From an uncultured Acidobacteriota bacterium (GTDB lineage: Bacteria > Acidobacteriota > Vicinamibacteria > Vicinamibacterales > UBA8438), in assembly GCA_913043225.1 (NCBI GenBank), contig CAJWLU010000010.1, positions 32,001 through 96,000 on the forward strand: a DNA stretch of 64,000 nt, given 5' to 3'. The notes below the pieces were generated by a model. It searched no databases and had not been told where the DNA came from. It saw only the letters and a list, made by a program, of their open reading frames with translations. How positions within the stretch are numbered: position 1 is the first letter of the stretch; every line of letters starts with the position of its first letter. Position numbers and translations under genes: made by a program. This document shows, piece after piece, positions 11,451-21,743 of this stretch.

Positions 11451-11511
11451 AATCAACAGGTTGTGGCCATTCAAGGTCACATTGACTTGCCTCTTGCGGG
11501 TCCACTAAGAT
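11451..11511 (+). promoter_or_regulatory. IHF-consensus site plus sigma70-type promoter
   Basis: AATCAACAGGTTG (WATCAANNNNTTR) at 11451-11463; TTGACT-18 bp-TAAGAT at 11482-11511. Confidence 0.5.
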
Positions 11512-11660
11512 CGACGACGTCTCGGTTTATTCCTGCTGGTCAGGCCCCAGCCAGCTGGGCGAGAAAGTGCGGACCGCGCTGGTAGCGGTTGCGATCCGTA
11601 TCGACCTGTTCCCGCGCGCTCAACGGGGGACAGGTGATCGTTCGAAGGAGAGTTCGGTAT

Positions 11661-12692
11661 ATGGAGTCGATTGTGGGATCCCGAGCCCGGGCGCTGATGT
11701 GGATCGTGGCGTTCGCCGTGGCCTGCGGCACGGGCCTAAAGGCTCAGGAACGGGAACAGACCGAGGAAGAGGACAGGGAGATCGTCTCGCTCGCCACCAT
11801 TGTCGGGGCGGCGCTCCAGGGGCAGATCGTGCCGACCGAGGAACCGTTCGAGTGGGTCAACGACTACCTGAAGAGCAGCGAACGGACCACCTTCATCCCG
11901 TTCACGCTCTCCATCGAGCAGGCGAAGCTCAGTACCCCTACGGTGGCCATGTACATCTTCGTAGCCGAAGAAGGCGCAGTGGCCAGGCCGGCGGTGGACG
12001 GAGGCGCGGTGCCGGAGTTGCCCGAACCGGCCTTCGAGGACGCCTATCACGTCGATCTCGGAGCGCCGACGCCTACTGGCATGTACGAGATTCGCCGTGG
12101 CTTCTGGGCTCCCAGCGGTAGCTACGATGTATACGTTGCCCTCAGCGAGAGCAGTGTGCCAGACGGTACTGAAGCGACAACGATGATGCTGAAGAAGTCT
12201 GTCGACGTTCCCGATATGTGGGGCACCCGGCTGACGACCAGCAGCGTCATCCAGGCCAGCCGTATCGAACCGCTGACCGAACCTCCGCCGGTCGACCAGC
12301 AGCTGGCGAATCCGTACACGCTGGGCACGCTGCGTATCGTGCCTAAATCGACGCCGACCTATCTCACCTCCGACGAGCTGTCGATAGTGTTTCTCGTCTA
12401 TAACGTTGGGCTAACGCCGTCCGGTTTGCCGGATGTCGACGTCACCTATACTTTTAATACCCACGGGGCTGCCGGGGCCGAGTACTTCAACCAGACCAAC
12501 CCGCAGGTGTTCAACGAACAGACGTTGCCACCCGGCTTCGATCTGGCCGCCGGTCACCAACTGGTGGCCGGGCAGGCGGTGCCGCTCACAGCGTTTCCGG
12601 CTGCAGATTATCGGCTCGACATCACGGTGACCGACAAGACAAATGGCGCAACGCTGACCCGAAACATCGAGTTCTCGGTGTCGGCATCCTGA
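11661..12692 (+). CDS. Secreted beta-rich hypothetical protein
   Basis: RBS AAGGAG, signal peptide ending LKA-Q, beta-strand-rich Ig-like C-terminus (ADYRLDITVTD). Confidence 0.8.
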   Translation: MESIVGSRARALMWIVAFAVACGTGLKAQEREQTEEEDREIVSLATIVGAALQGQIVPTEEPFEWVNDYLKSSERTTFIPFTLSIEQAKLSTPTVAMYIFVAEEGAVARPAVDGGAVPELPEPAFEDAYHVDLGAPTPTGMYEIRRGFWAPSGSYDVYVALSESSVPDGTEATTMMLKKSVDVPDMWGTRLTTSSVIQASRIEPLTEPPPVDQQLANPYTLGTLRIVPKSTPTYLTSDELSIVFLVYNVGLTPSGLPDVDVTYTFNTHGAAGAEYFNQTNPQVFNEQTLPPGFDLAAGHQLVAGQAVPLTAFPAADYRLDITVTDKTNGATLTRNIEFSVSAS

Positions 12693-12702
12693 GGCAGTCA
12701 CG

Positions 12703-14583
12703 ATGCATGTTCCTCACCGATTGCTCGTCAGCGTATCCGTCGGCGTGTGGTTCGGCTCCCTGGGAGTTGCCGCGGTCGCTGCGCAGGTGCCGGTATCGGC
12801 ACCTGCCTCCGGATTGACGACCGCGGCGGTGGTGACCGGTGAGATCGTGGGCGCTGTGACCGACGTCGCCGGCGAACCGCTGTCTGGAGCGTTGGTGTCG
12901 GTGTTTGGTCCCTCGGGAGCCGAGCTCGCTAGGTCCAATCGCGACGGTGGTTTCTCGCTGTTGTCTCTGATTCCTGGCTCCTATCTCGTACAAGTGCACC
13001 GCACGGGTTACGCGGCGTCGCGTCGTGAGTTGGTTCAGGTTGCGCCTGGGCCCCCCGTCGTGTTGCCGGTCACCTTGTCCCAGGCGTCCAAAGTGTCGGC
13101 CGCCTTGCTCGCGGGCGCGGCTCTTCCGACCCGGGCGATCGGTGTACGGGACGAAGCTGAGGACGAGGCAGACACCGAGGACGTGGTCGGGACCACGGCG
13201 CCCCACGATCACAGCGAGCGGGCATGGCGGCTCCGTCGAGCGCGACGCAGTGTTCTTAAAGACGTCTCCGCGAGCGGATTTCTCGGCGACACCGACAACG
13301 CGGGTCACATGGCAATGGCCCGCAACCTGGGACCGACGCCGCTTGAGCGCATACCGCTGCGCGCAGAGGTCAATCTGCTCACTCGGAGCTCCTTCGAGTC
13401 GCCGTCCCTGTTCGACGTGGGCCAGCCACGGCCAGCCGGGATCGCCAACCTGTCGGTCGGGGCCCCGGTGTGGGGTGGCGATTGGTCGGCGCAAGGGGCG
13501 ATGACCACGGGAGACGTGAGTTCGTGGGTTGTGGCGGGAGAGTGGATCGCCGATTCGGACACCCCGCATCAGCTTGGCCTCGACGTGTCCTATGGCCGGC
13601 AGCAGTACTACGGCGGGAATCCTGCCGCACTGACGGTCGCCTCCGAGAGTCGGTACGCCGCCAGTTTCGGGGTGTCTGACCGATGGACGCTCAGCCCGAC
13701 TCTGACCGCGGAGCTGGGCGCGCGCTACGCGACCTATGGCTACTTGCAGGAGCGTGGTCTGTTCAGCCCTCGAGCAGCCCTGGACTACGAGTTCACACAG
13801 GGCATTCGTCTGCGTATCGCCGGCTCGCGTGAGGTGACCGCGCCTGGCGCCGAGGAGTTTCTTCCTCCGGTGGACAGTGAACTGTGGCTGCCCCCCGAGC
13901 GGACGTTCGCTGCCCTGTCGCCCGAGTACGGGCTACATGCGCAGGTTACCCGGCACTTCGACATTGGTATCGAAGGCGATGTCACCGATGGTTACGTCGT
14001 CGGTGTACGGCGCTTCTACCAGGACGTCACCGATCAGATGGCTACACTGTTCGGCGTCGATGAGCTGGGGGTCGCGCCGACCGGTCACTACTACCTGGCC
14101 CGAGCTGGCGGTGTCATGAGCCGGGGCTGGATCCTCAGCGTTCGGCGTGAATTTGGTGACCGGATCAACGGTTCGATCGACTATGCAATGGCCGATGCGT
14201 TCTGGGCCCAGTCGAGCGTCGACACCGAGCTCGGGCTCGCGGTGCCGGGTGCCATCCGTCCGCCTACCGAGTGGTTTCATGATTTGAGTGCCACCGTCCA
14301 GGCCGTGATCCCCGAGACTTCGACCAGTATCTACGTGCGCTGCCGTGTCAGCGGCGGGTTTGTGCCGACCGAGCCTGGCGACGCCGATGGCATGGAACCG
14401 CGATTCGACATCCGGGTACGGCAGGAGCTGCCCTTCTCACCGCTCGACACCGGGCGCTGGGAGGCGTTGGTCGCGGTGCGCAGCCTCTTCTTCGGACCCC
14501 AGAGCGCCGCTTCGATGTTCGACGAGCTGCTCGTCACGCGGCCTCCCAAGCAGGTCGTCGGCGGTCTCGTCGTCCATTTCTGA
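12703..14583 (+). CDS. Outer-membrane beta-barrel protein with N-terminal carboxypeptidase-regulatory-like domain (TonB-dependent-receptor-like)
   Basis: GEIVGAVTDVAGEPLSGALV...PGSYLVQVHRTGY, amphipathic strands, FSPRAALDY, terminal Phe (VVHF). Confidence 0.75.
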   Translation: MHVPHRLLVSVSVGVWFGSLGVAAVAAQVPVSAPASGLTTAAVVTGEIVGAVTDVAGEPLSGALVSVFGPSGAELARSNRDGGFSLLSLIPGSYLVQVHRTGYAASRRELVQVAPGPPVVLPVTLSQASKVSAALLAGAALPTRAIGVRDEAEDEADTEDVVGTTAPHDHSERAWRLRRARRSVLKDVSASGFLGDTDNAGHMAMARNLGPTPLERIPLRAEVNLLTRSSFESPSLFDVGQPRPAGIANLSVGAPVWGGDWSAQGAMTTGDVSSWVVAGEWIADSDTPHQLGLDVSYGRQQYYGGNPAALTVASESRYAASFGVSDRWTLSPTLTAELGARYATYGYLQERGLFSPRAALDYEFTQGIRLRIAGSREVTAPGAEEFLPPVDSELWLPPERTFAALSPEYGLHAQVTRHFDIGIEGDVTDGYVVGVRRFYQDVTDQMATLFGVDELGVAPTGHYYLARAGGVMSRGWILSVRREFGDRINGSIDYAMADAFWAQSSVDTELGLAVPGAIRPPTEWFHDLSATVQAVIPETSTSIYVRCRVSGGFVPTEPGDADGMEPRFDIRVRQELPFSPLDTGRWEALVAVRSLFFGPQSAASMFDELLVTRPPKQVVGGLVVHF

Positions 14584-14774
14584 CTGGCGCTCCAACCCCC
14601 AAGAGTGCAAGGGTGCGACTCCATAGCGTGCCGGGAACCCGTTTCACCCAGTCAAGAGATTCATATTTTCGGATCTAATAATCATTCGCTTGGATCCCTG
14701 GCTCACTCCGATGCAGCTTTGTCCATGCAAGTGACTTATTTGCTATGATTTAAGTTAGGTGTCTCAGTCGAAGG

Positions 14775-14790
14775 TGGAACGACGATTGCA
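14775..14790 (+). promoter_or_regulatory. sigma54 (-24/-12) promoter
   Basis: TGGAACGACGATTGCA = GG-N10-GC, one mismatch to TGGCACG-N4-TTGCW. Confidence 0.65.
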
Positions 14791-14808
14791 TCGACGTGGA
14801 TCGCAGAT

Positions 14809-17730
14809 GTGTCTGGGGGGGTGCGCGTGAACCTGCCTGCCGCGTCGGTCCGCCGACGACAGCGCTGGCGGGGGTGGATACCAGCCGGTCTGGCCGTGGC
14901 GCTCGTCGCGTCACTCATCTGTCTCGCTGGTGCCAATGTCGTCGTGCGCTCCAACTGGAGCGAACTGGTCGATGGCGTCCTCTGGACGACCGGTCCCGAT
15001 GGCGTCATGGCGGCCGAAGTCGGTCCTGGCGAGGCCGGCGCCCTCGCCGGCGTGGAACCGGGCGACGTTCTCCTTTTCATCGGCGACCAGCCCATCGAGA
15101 CCGAAGACGACGTGCCGGTCGCGCTCCACGCGAGCCGGCCAGGCGCCGCATTGACCTACTCGTTGCTTCGGCTGGGTGAGTCCCGGTTGTTGCAGCTGTC
15201 CTTGCGGCCGGTGCCCACCGGCCAGCCCCAGGTGTACTTCGTACTGGCTGCCATAGGAGTCTTCACTCTGCTGGTAGGCACGCTCGTGCGGCTGCGTCGA
15301 CCCGGGACGCCGGCCACTTTGCACTTCTTCTGGTTGAGCGTTGCTTTCTTCGGCATGTTCGCCTTCTCGTTCTCTGGTCGGCTCGATCGGCTGGACTGGC
15401 TGTTCTACTGGGCCGACGCGATCTCCACCTTACTGCTGGCTCCGATGTTCGTCCATTTCGCGCTGGTGTTCCCGGAGCGGGCGACGGGCTGGATTCGAGA
15501 TCGCCTCGGGCGTACCCTGCTGCCGCTGGTTTACGGTCCGGCGGTGGCGCTCGGGGTGGCCGAGGCGATGGCGTTGATGGCCGATGCGTCGACGGCCCTA
15601 TTCTCGTCCTCGATTGAGACGATTTGGCGGCTGCAGTTCGCCTATCTGGCGGTATGCGTCGTCTCCGGCTTGGCGCTGATGATTCTCACGTTGCGGCGCG
15701 TGCCGTCGATGACCTCGAAGCGGCAGCTCCGGTGGATCGTCGGCGGCGCGTTGCTTGGCGGCCTCCCGTTCGCCCTCGGCTACGCTTTTCCTTGGGCCTT
15801 CGGTTTCGACACCGCTCCACTCGATCTGACGGCGATTCCTCTCAGCCTGATCCCGTTGGCCTTTGCGTCGGCCATCGTCCGCTACCGTCTCCGGGATGTC
15901 GAGGTCATTATCAAGCGAGGCCTGGTCTACACTGCCGCAGTCTCGGCGATGGTCGCCATCTACATGGTGCTCGAGCGTCTGGCCACCGAGGTGTTTCTCG
16001 ACGAAGAGGATGGCTACAACGCCGTGATCGCGCTCTTGGCCACGGCCGTGGTGGTCCTGGTCGCGAGTCCCGTCAAGAACGCGATCCAGTCCATGCTGGA
16101 CCGAGTCTACTACCGTGACCGTTACGACTATCGGCGAGCCCTCGTGGGGTTCGCGCGCGAGCTGAACAGCGATCTCGATCTTCCCCGTCTGGCCGCCCGG
16201 CTCGTGAACCGGGTGACCGAGACGCTGGTCATCGACCATACGGTCTTGATGCTGTCGCCGCTTGACGGGGGGGCGGGGGCCTTCGTGCCGTTTCGCGCGG
16301 CCGGCGAGCGGCCCGTTGCCAGCTGGCCCTCACTCGACCGGCAGTCGAGCATCGGCCGCCGTTTGGTCGAGGGCCACACCCTCATGCTGGATGAACCGGC
16401 TGTGATGCGCCGGCAGCCTGTAGAGGATGTCCAGTTCTGGCAGAACCAGGGGATCCATTACTTCGTTCCCTGTGTTTCTGAGGGTGGCACCATCGGGGTG
16501 CTGGCGCTTGGCGCCAAAACCAGCGGCGAGCCGTTGAGCAGCGAGGACGTGGCGCTCCTCGCTGCGGTGGCGGCCCAGGTGGCGACCGCCATCGAGAACG
16601 GACGGTTGTACACGCAGCTGCAAGACAAGGCGTCGGAGGTCGATCAGATCCGGGAGTTCAACGAGAACATCATTGAGTCGTTGAACGACGGATTAGTGGT
16701 GCTGGACCTCGAGGACAGGATCGTGCGGTGGAACCGCGCATTGGGGCGTCTGCACGGGGTGTCCCGCACCGAGGCGATCGGCCAGCCACTGGGCGAGCTG
16801 TTCGATGCGGGCTTTGTCGAGCGCCTCGGTCAGGCACGGCGGGAGCAGCCGGCCGGGACGCTCCTCTATCGGGTGCCACTCTCGTCGCGGCATGAGGACG
16901 AGCGTCGACAGTTGCTGGTCAACGCGGCGGTAGCGCCGCTGCGGGCCTCCGACGGGGGAACCGAGGGGACGATGGTGATCCTAGAGGACATCACCTCTCG
17001 CGTGCGGCTCGAAGAGCAGCTCCAGCTATCGGACAAGATGGCGTCGATCGGCTTGCTGGCGACCGGGGTTGCCCATGAGGTGAACACGCCGCTGACCGGG
17101 ATCTCGAGCTTTACCCAGATGTTGCTCGAGAGCACAGACACCGAAGATCCGAGGACCCAGCTGCTCGAGAAGATCGAGCAGCAGACGTTCCGGGCGGCCA
17201 AGATAGTCAATGGACTCCTTAATCTTGCCCGGCCGGGTCGCACCGATGCGGCCGGCCCGGTCGACGTCAATGCCGTGATCAACGATGTACTGGGGTTGCT
17301 CGAGCACCAGCTGCAGACCGGCAACATCCAGCTTCGTCGCGAGCTGTCGTCGACGCCCACCATGGTGCAGGGAGTGGAGTTCAAGCTCCAGCAGGTGTTC
17401 TTGAATCTATTCCTCAACGCGCGGGATGCGATGCCCACCGGGGGTTGGCTGACGGTGGTGACCCGCACCGAAGAGCACCAGGCCGTCATCGAGGTGGCCG
17501 ACACCGGCACCGGTATTTCGGCCGAGGCGCTGTCCCGGATCTACGACCCCTTCTTCACGACCAAGGCGGTCGGACAGGGGACGGGGCTGGGACTCTCGAT
17601 CACCTATGGGGTGATCAAAGAACACAACGGATCGATCGAATGTCAGAGCGGGCCGGATCAAGGAGCGCGATTCCGCGTCACCCTCCCGATGGTCTCGAGC
17701 ACGGAAAGGCTGTCCGGTGTCCAGAGCTAG
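14809..17730 (+). CDS. Sensor histidine kinase (PDZ, multi-TM, GAF, PAS, HisKA, HATPase)
   Basis: AGVEPGDVLLFIG (PDZ), many TM helices, GVAHEVNTPL, NARDAM, DTGTG, FFTTK, GTGLGL; start codon uncertain. Confidence 0.92.
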   Translation: MSGGVRVNLPAASVRRRQRWRGWIPAGLAVALVASLICLAGANVVVRSNWSELVDGVLWTTGPDGVMAAEVGPGEAGALAGVEPGDVLLFIGDQPIETEDDVPVALHASRPGAALTYSLLRLGESRLLQLSLRPVPTGQPQVYFVLAAIGVFTLLVGTLVRLRRPGTPATLHFFWLSVAFFGMFAFSFSGRLDRLDWLFYWADAISTLLLAPMFVHFALVFPERATGWIRDRLGRTLLPLVYGPAVALGVAEAMALMADASTALFSSSIETIWRLQFAYLAVCVVSGLALMILTLRRVPSMTSKRQLRWIVGGALLGGLPFALGYAFPWAFGFDTAPLDLTAIPLSLIPLAFASAIVRYRLRDVEVIIKRGLVYTAAVSAMVAIYMVLERLATEVFLDEEDGYNAVIALLATAVVVLVASPVKNAIQSMLDRVYYRDRYDYRRALVGFARELNSDLDLPRLAARLVNRVTETLVIDHTVLMLSPLDGGAGAFVPFRAAGERPVASWPSLDRQSSIGRRLVEGHTLMLDEPAVMRRQPVEDVQFWQNQGIHYFVPCVSEGGTIGVLALGAKTSGEPLSSEDVALLAAVAAQVATAIENGRLYTQLQDKASEVDQIREFNENIIESLNDGLVVLDLEDRIVRWNRALGRLHGVSRTEAIGQPLGELFDAGFVERLGQARREQPAGTLLYRVPLSSRHEDERRQLLVNAAVAPLRASDGGTEGTMVILEDITSRVRLEEQLQLSDKMASIGLLATGVAHEVNTPLTGISSFTQMLLESTDTEDPRTQLLEKIEQQTFRAAKIVNGLLNLARPGRTDAAGPVDVNAVINDVLGLLEHQLQTGNIQLRRELSSTPTMVQGVEFKLQQVFLNLFLNARDAMPTGGWLTVVTRTEEHQAVIEVADTGTGISAEALSRIYDPFFTTKAVGQGTGLGLSITYGVIKEHNGSIECQSGPDQGARFRVTLPMVSSTERLSGVQS

Positions 17731-17761
17731 CGGCGTCGAAGATCCGGCGGTTGACACGCTG

Positions 17762-19246
17762 ATGTTGGAAGGGGCGTCGGTGCTAGTCATCGACGACGAG
17801 GAGATCATGCGGGAGATCCTGCAAACGCTCCTCGACCGAGAAGGATGCCGCGTGTCGGTGGCGGCGTCTGGCGAGGAAGGGCTCGCATTGGCCCGATCGC
17901 ACGCTTTCGATGTCGTCGTTGTCGACGTCATGATGCCTGGCATCGACGGGATCGAGACGCTGGACGAGTTACACGAGCTCGACGCCGAGCTGCCAGTGAT
18001 CCTCATCACCGCCTTCGCTTCGGTCGAGAACGCCATCGCTTCGATGAAGCGTGGGGCGTTCGATTACGTCACCAAGCCGTTCAAGAACGAAGAGGTGCTG
18101 GTCGTTCTGCGCAACGCCGTCGAGCGTCGACGGTTGGTGACTGAGAACCGTACCCTGCGCGAGAATCTGCGTGCCCGAACGAGCCAGTTTGGCGAAATCA
18201 TCGGCCAGAGCCCTCCAATGGGAAAGGTTTTCGACCTAATCGCGCAGGCGGCCCCGAGCCGGACTACTATCCTGGTCGAGGGTGAGAGCGGCACCGGCAA
18301 GGAGTTGGCGGCTCGGGCGCTCCATGGGAATTCGCCCCGCGCCGACCGACCGTTCGTCACCGTCAATTCTGGTAGCCTGCCGCCGGACCTGCTGGAGTCG
18401 AATCTCTTCGGACACCTGAAGGGCGCTTTCACTGGCGCGGTGGCGCCGAAGAAGGGATTGTTTGAGCTCGCCGACCGGGGGACCATCTTCTTCGACGAGA
18501 TCGGCAGTGTACCGCTTGAGACCCAGGCCAAGCTGCTTCGGGTGATTCAGGAGCGGGAGTTCATGCGGTTGGGCGGGGTCGACACCATCAAGGTGGACGC
18601 CAGGATCATCGCGGCGACCAACGTAGACCTCAAGGGGATGGTGGAGGAAGGCCGGTTCCGCGAGGACCTCTACTACCGACTCCACGTCATTACGGTGAAG
18701 TTGCCGCCGCTGCGCGAGCGCCGGGAGGACATTCGCCTGCTGGCGCAGCACTTCCTCGAAAAATACGGAGCGGAGAACGAGAAGCAGGACCTCGAGCTGA
18801 CCGCGGCCGCGCTCGATCTCATGGAGGATTACGACTGGCCAGGCAACGTTCGGGAACTCGAGAACGTCATCGAGCGGGCGGTCGTGCTCTCGACCGAGTC
18901 CCGGATTGGCCCCGAGCTGATCCCCGATGCCGTGCGGACATCGCGGCCGTTCCAGATTCCACAGTTCGTGATGCCTCCTGAAGGAATCTCCTTCAAGGAG
19001 GTCATTGCCGCGTTCGAGATCCAGCTGATCGAACGCACGCTCGTTGCCGCGGGGGGAGTGCAGAAGCGGGCGGCCGAGATGCTGCGGATCAAGCCCACGA
19101 CGCTGAACGAGATGATCAAGCGTCACGACATGCGACCCCGGCGTAGGCGGGCGGGCGCCAAGGCGACGCTCGATGCAGGCCCCGGGGACGGTGGAGCAAG
19201 TCAAGACCTAGCGCCCGGGCGGACGAGGGTCAACCGGCGGGTGTAG
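17762..19246 (+). CDS. NtrC-family sigma54-dependent response regulator
   Basis: REC domain (IDDE, DVMMP, KPF), GESGTGKE, GAFTGA, WPGNVREL, C-terminal Fis-type HTH; start set at ATG 17762. Confidence 0.95.
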   Translation: MLEGASVLVIDDEEIMREILQTLLDREGCRVSVAASGEEGLALARSHAFDVVVVDVMMPGIDGIETLDELHELDAELPVILITAFASVENAIASMKRGAFDYVTKPFKNEEVLVVLRNAVERRRLVTENRTLRENLRARTSQFGEIIGQSPPMGKVFDLIAQAAPSRTTILVEGESGTGKELAARALHGNSPRADRPFVTVNSGSLPPDLLESNLFGHLKGAFTGAVAPKKGLFELADRGTIFFDEIGSVPLETQAKLLRVIQEREFMRLGGVDTIKVDARIIAATNVDLKGMVEEGRFREDLYYRLHVITVKLPPLRERREDIRLLAQHFLEKYGAENEKQDLELTAAALDLMEDYDWPGNVRELENVIERAVVLSTESRIGPELIPDAVRTSRPFQIPQFVMPPEGISFKEVIAAFEIQLIERTLVAAGGVQKRAAEMLRIKPTTLNEMIKRHDMRPRRRRAGAKATLDAGPGDGGASQDLAPGRTRVNRRV

Positions 19247-19308
19247 TGGGCTGGCCCCGGTGATGAAGAAAGGTTCTTGGGCGGTTTTTTGGCGGATTGC
19301 CGAGAAAC

Positions 19309-20646
19309 CTAGTTCTTGCGCCCGCCTCGACGGCGCCCCCGGCGCTGGCGTCCCTCCTGACGGGGACGTCGTACGCCGCCAATCAGACGATCGTACTTGT
19401 CCATGATGACGTCCCACCGGTAGTTCGCCCGGACATACTGTCTGCCGTGCCGGCCCATCACGGCGCGCAGTCGGTCGTCGGCCACGAGCATGCGGAGGCA
19501 TTCGTGGAATTCTTCCCGGCTGCCGTAGTAGAGCCCGCCGTTGCTGCGCTGGCAGTGGTCCATGACCACCTCGCTCCGGGCATTGGCCAACACCGGGGTT
19601 CCCACTGAGAACGCTTCGAGGGCCAGGAGCGACAGGCTTTCGAACGGAGACGGTACGACGACGACCGTGGCCGCCTCGAGTGCTTCGAAGCGTTCGGTCT
19701 CCGAGAGCATGCCGGCGAAGCGGACACTCGGTGACTCGGGAATCGGCATGAGCTTGAGGCCCATAAGGACCAGCGACGCATCGCCGTTCGCTTCCGCGTA
19801 GGAACCGAAGTAGTCCAGCAGCTCCTCGCACCCTTTCCCCGGGTCGATCCGACCGCCGTAGAGCGCGAATGGTTCATATAGTCGATGCCGACGCCGAAAG
19901 ACGGCTCCCCGCGCTGTCAACGGACTCCCGAGGGGCTGGTCCCCGTTTGACTCGCTGTTGTCGTCCTCCTCGGCCGCCGCTTCGGGTTCCTGGGTGCCGC
20001 CACGCGCATGACCCGGGAGCTCGTGCAGTCTCGACGGGGGGAGCTCGACACCGCAGCCAACTGTTTCTTCGACCTTTGCCTGTACATTGAAGAGTTGCTT
20101 CAGGAAACCGCGCTCCACATGGGTGTTGTAGGCGATGCCCGCCGGGAGCGAGAACACCTCCCGATATAGGCCGAGACGGATCGCTGGTTCATCGTGGGCC
20201 GTGGGTACCAGAATGCTCCGAGCCGGGTCGATCTTGAGACCGAGGACCGTCGGCGCATACAGGTAGGTAAAGAAGATGAGGGTATCGTAGCGCTTATGGT
20301 GTTGCTTGAGATACTCGAGCAGTGCTGGGCTCCAGGGACCCTGCTGTTCGAGCCATTTTTGCTCGTCGGCCGGTGTGTGCTCGTTGTGGAAGATCCAGTC
20401 CGAGTACTCGTTGAATGACTGGAGGTCGCGAGTCCGATCGGTCGGAAACCGTCGCACCGTCACGCCCCGGATCCGATCCTCGCCTTCCGGATACTCGTTC
20501 TTCCACGTGATGTAGTCGCGGGCACAGGTCGTCAGCACGTCGACCTGGTGGCGGGTGGCAAGCCGCTCGGCGATGAGACGGCAGTGATACTCGGAGCCGC
20601 CAATGAGCTCCGCGCCGTAACGCTGTATGACGAACGCGATCTTCAC
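19309..20646 (-). CDS. GT4 glycosyltransferase (paralog type A)
   Basis: QRYG...GGSE, GGRIDPGKG, PSPFESLSLLALEA. Confidence 0.92.
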   Translation of the reverse strand: MKIAFVIQRYGAELIGGSEYHCRLIAERLATRHQVDVLTTCARDYITWKNEYPEGEDRIRGVTVRRFPTDRTRDLQSFNEYSDWIFHNEHTPADEQKWLEQQGPWSPALLEYLKQHHKRYDTLIFFTYLYAPTVLGLKIDPARSILVPTAHDEPAIRLGLYREVFSLPAGIAYNTHVERGFLKQLFNVQAKVEETVGCGVELPPSRLHELPGHARGGTQEPEAAAEEDDNSESNGDQPLGSPLTARGAVFRRRHRLYEPFALYGGRIDPGKGCEELLDYFGSYAEANGDASLVLMGLKLMPIPESPSVRFAGMLSETERFEALEAATVVVVPSPFESLSLLALEAFSVGTPVLANARSEVVMDHCQRSNGGLYYGSREEFHECLRMLVADDRLRAVMGRHGRQYVRANYRWDVIMDKYDRLIGGVRRPRQEGRQRRGRRRGGRKN

Positions 20647-20654
20647 CGTATCCT

Positions 20655-21719
20655 CTAGGCGAATTGCGCGACCAGTCGATCAAGATGACCGGCAAAGGTC
20701 GCGTCAGAGAAATCACGGAGCCGTCGCCGCTGACCCTCGATGACCTGGGCGCGCAGCCCGTCATCGTACACCAGGAGCCCGAGCGTCTCAGCGGCGTACT
20801 CGAAGTCCTTGGGTGAGAAGGCGATGCCAGCCCCGCCTAAGGTTTCTGGCACAGCCGTGGAGGCATAGGCCAGTACCGGGACATTGGTGGCCATCGCTTC
20901 GAGGAGCGGCACACAGAAGCCTTCGTGTTCACTGAGTGAGACGTAGGCGCTGGCGGTGCGATAGAACACTGCCAGGTCGGCGTCCGGGACCGAGCCCACA
21001 AACCAGAAGCGCTCGCTCGTCATCCGGTATTCGTTCATTAGCGCCCGGATCATCGAGTAGTAGCGAGGACATGCGTCTTCCCGCCCCACGAAGATGAAGC
21101 GGTAGAACGCGTCAATGTAGCGTTTGTACTGCTCGGCCAGGCGCAGGTGATCCTCGAGCTTCTTGTTTGGCACCATTCGGCCTACGAACAAGATGTTGGT
21201 GAGTCCGTCTCTGAGCACGCGCTCGAGGGCCGGCCGCGGGGGAGCGGACGTCAACCGCTCGGTATCGACGGCGATCGGAAACACGCCGGTTTCGGCGAAT
21301 CCGAGCGCCTCCAGTTCCTGGCGGTTGTACTCCGAGTCGCCTAGGGCCAGATCAACCCGGCCGACTAGGCTGGCGAGTTCTTCACGTCCTCGGGTGACCA
21401 GACCGACCAGACTGGCGTCGTATCCTGCGAAGAAATGCGCCGGGGTGATGTTGTGGTACTGAATGACTCGCCCCGTCTCCAGGCTGGCCAGGGCTTCGGT
21501 CAACGGTGAGGCGATGGCGAAGTGCAGGATCGTCACGTCGCCGCGTCGAGCCTCGGGATCCGAGAACGGGCGGATCTCTCCTTGAAGGTCCTCGTCGATG
21601 GTCAGCGCGAAGATGTCGGATTCGTGTCCGAGGGAGCGCAGAAGCGCGCGGACTCGCCTGGCGCTATCGCCGACCGCGTCGCCGCGGTGCGCTGCGGGCA
21701 ACCATTGGTTGATGATCAT
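20655..21719 (-). CDS. GT4 glycosyltransferase (paralog type B)
   Basis: GDAVGD, YHNITP, FVGRMVPNK, SEHEGFCVPLLEAM. Confidence 0.92.
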   Translation of the reverse strand: MIINQWLPAAHRGDAVGDSARRVRALLRSLGHESDIFALTIDEDLQGEIRPFSDPEARRGDVTILHFAIASPLTEALASLETGRVIQYHNITPAHFFAGYDASLVGLVTRGREELASLVGRVDLALGDSEYNRQELEALGFAETGVFPIAVDTERLTSAPPRPALERVLRDGLTNILFVGRMVPNKKLEDHLRLAEQYKRYIDAFYRFIFVGREDACPRYYSMIRALMNEYRMTSERFWFVGSVPDADLAVFYRTASAYVSLSEHEGFCVPLLEAMATNVPVLAYASTAVPETLGGAGIAFSPKDFEYAAETLGLLVYDDGLRAQVIEGQRRRLRDFSDATFAGHLDRLVAQFA

Positions 21720-21743
21720 TGGTTCACGAATGGTGGCGCCGGG

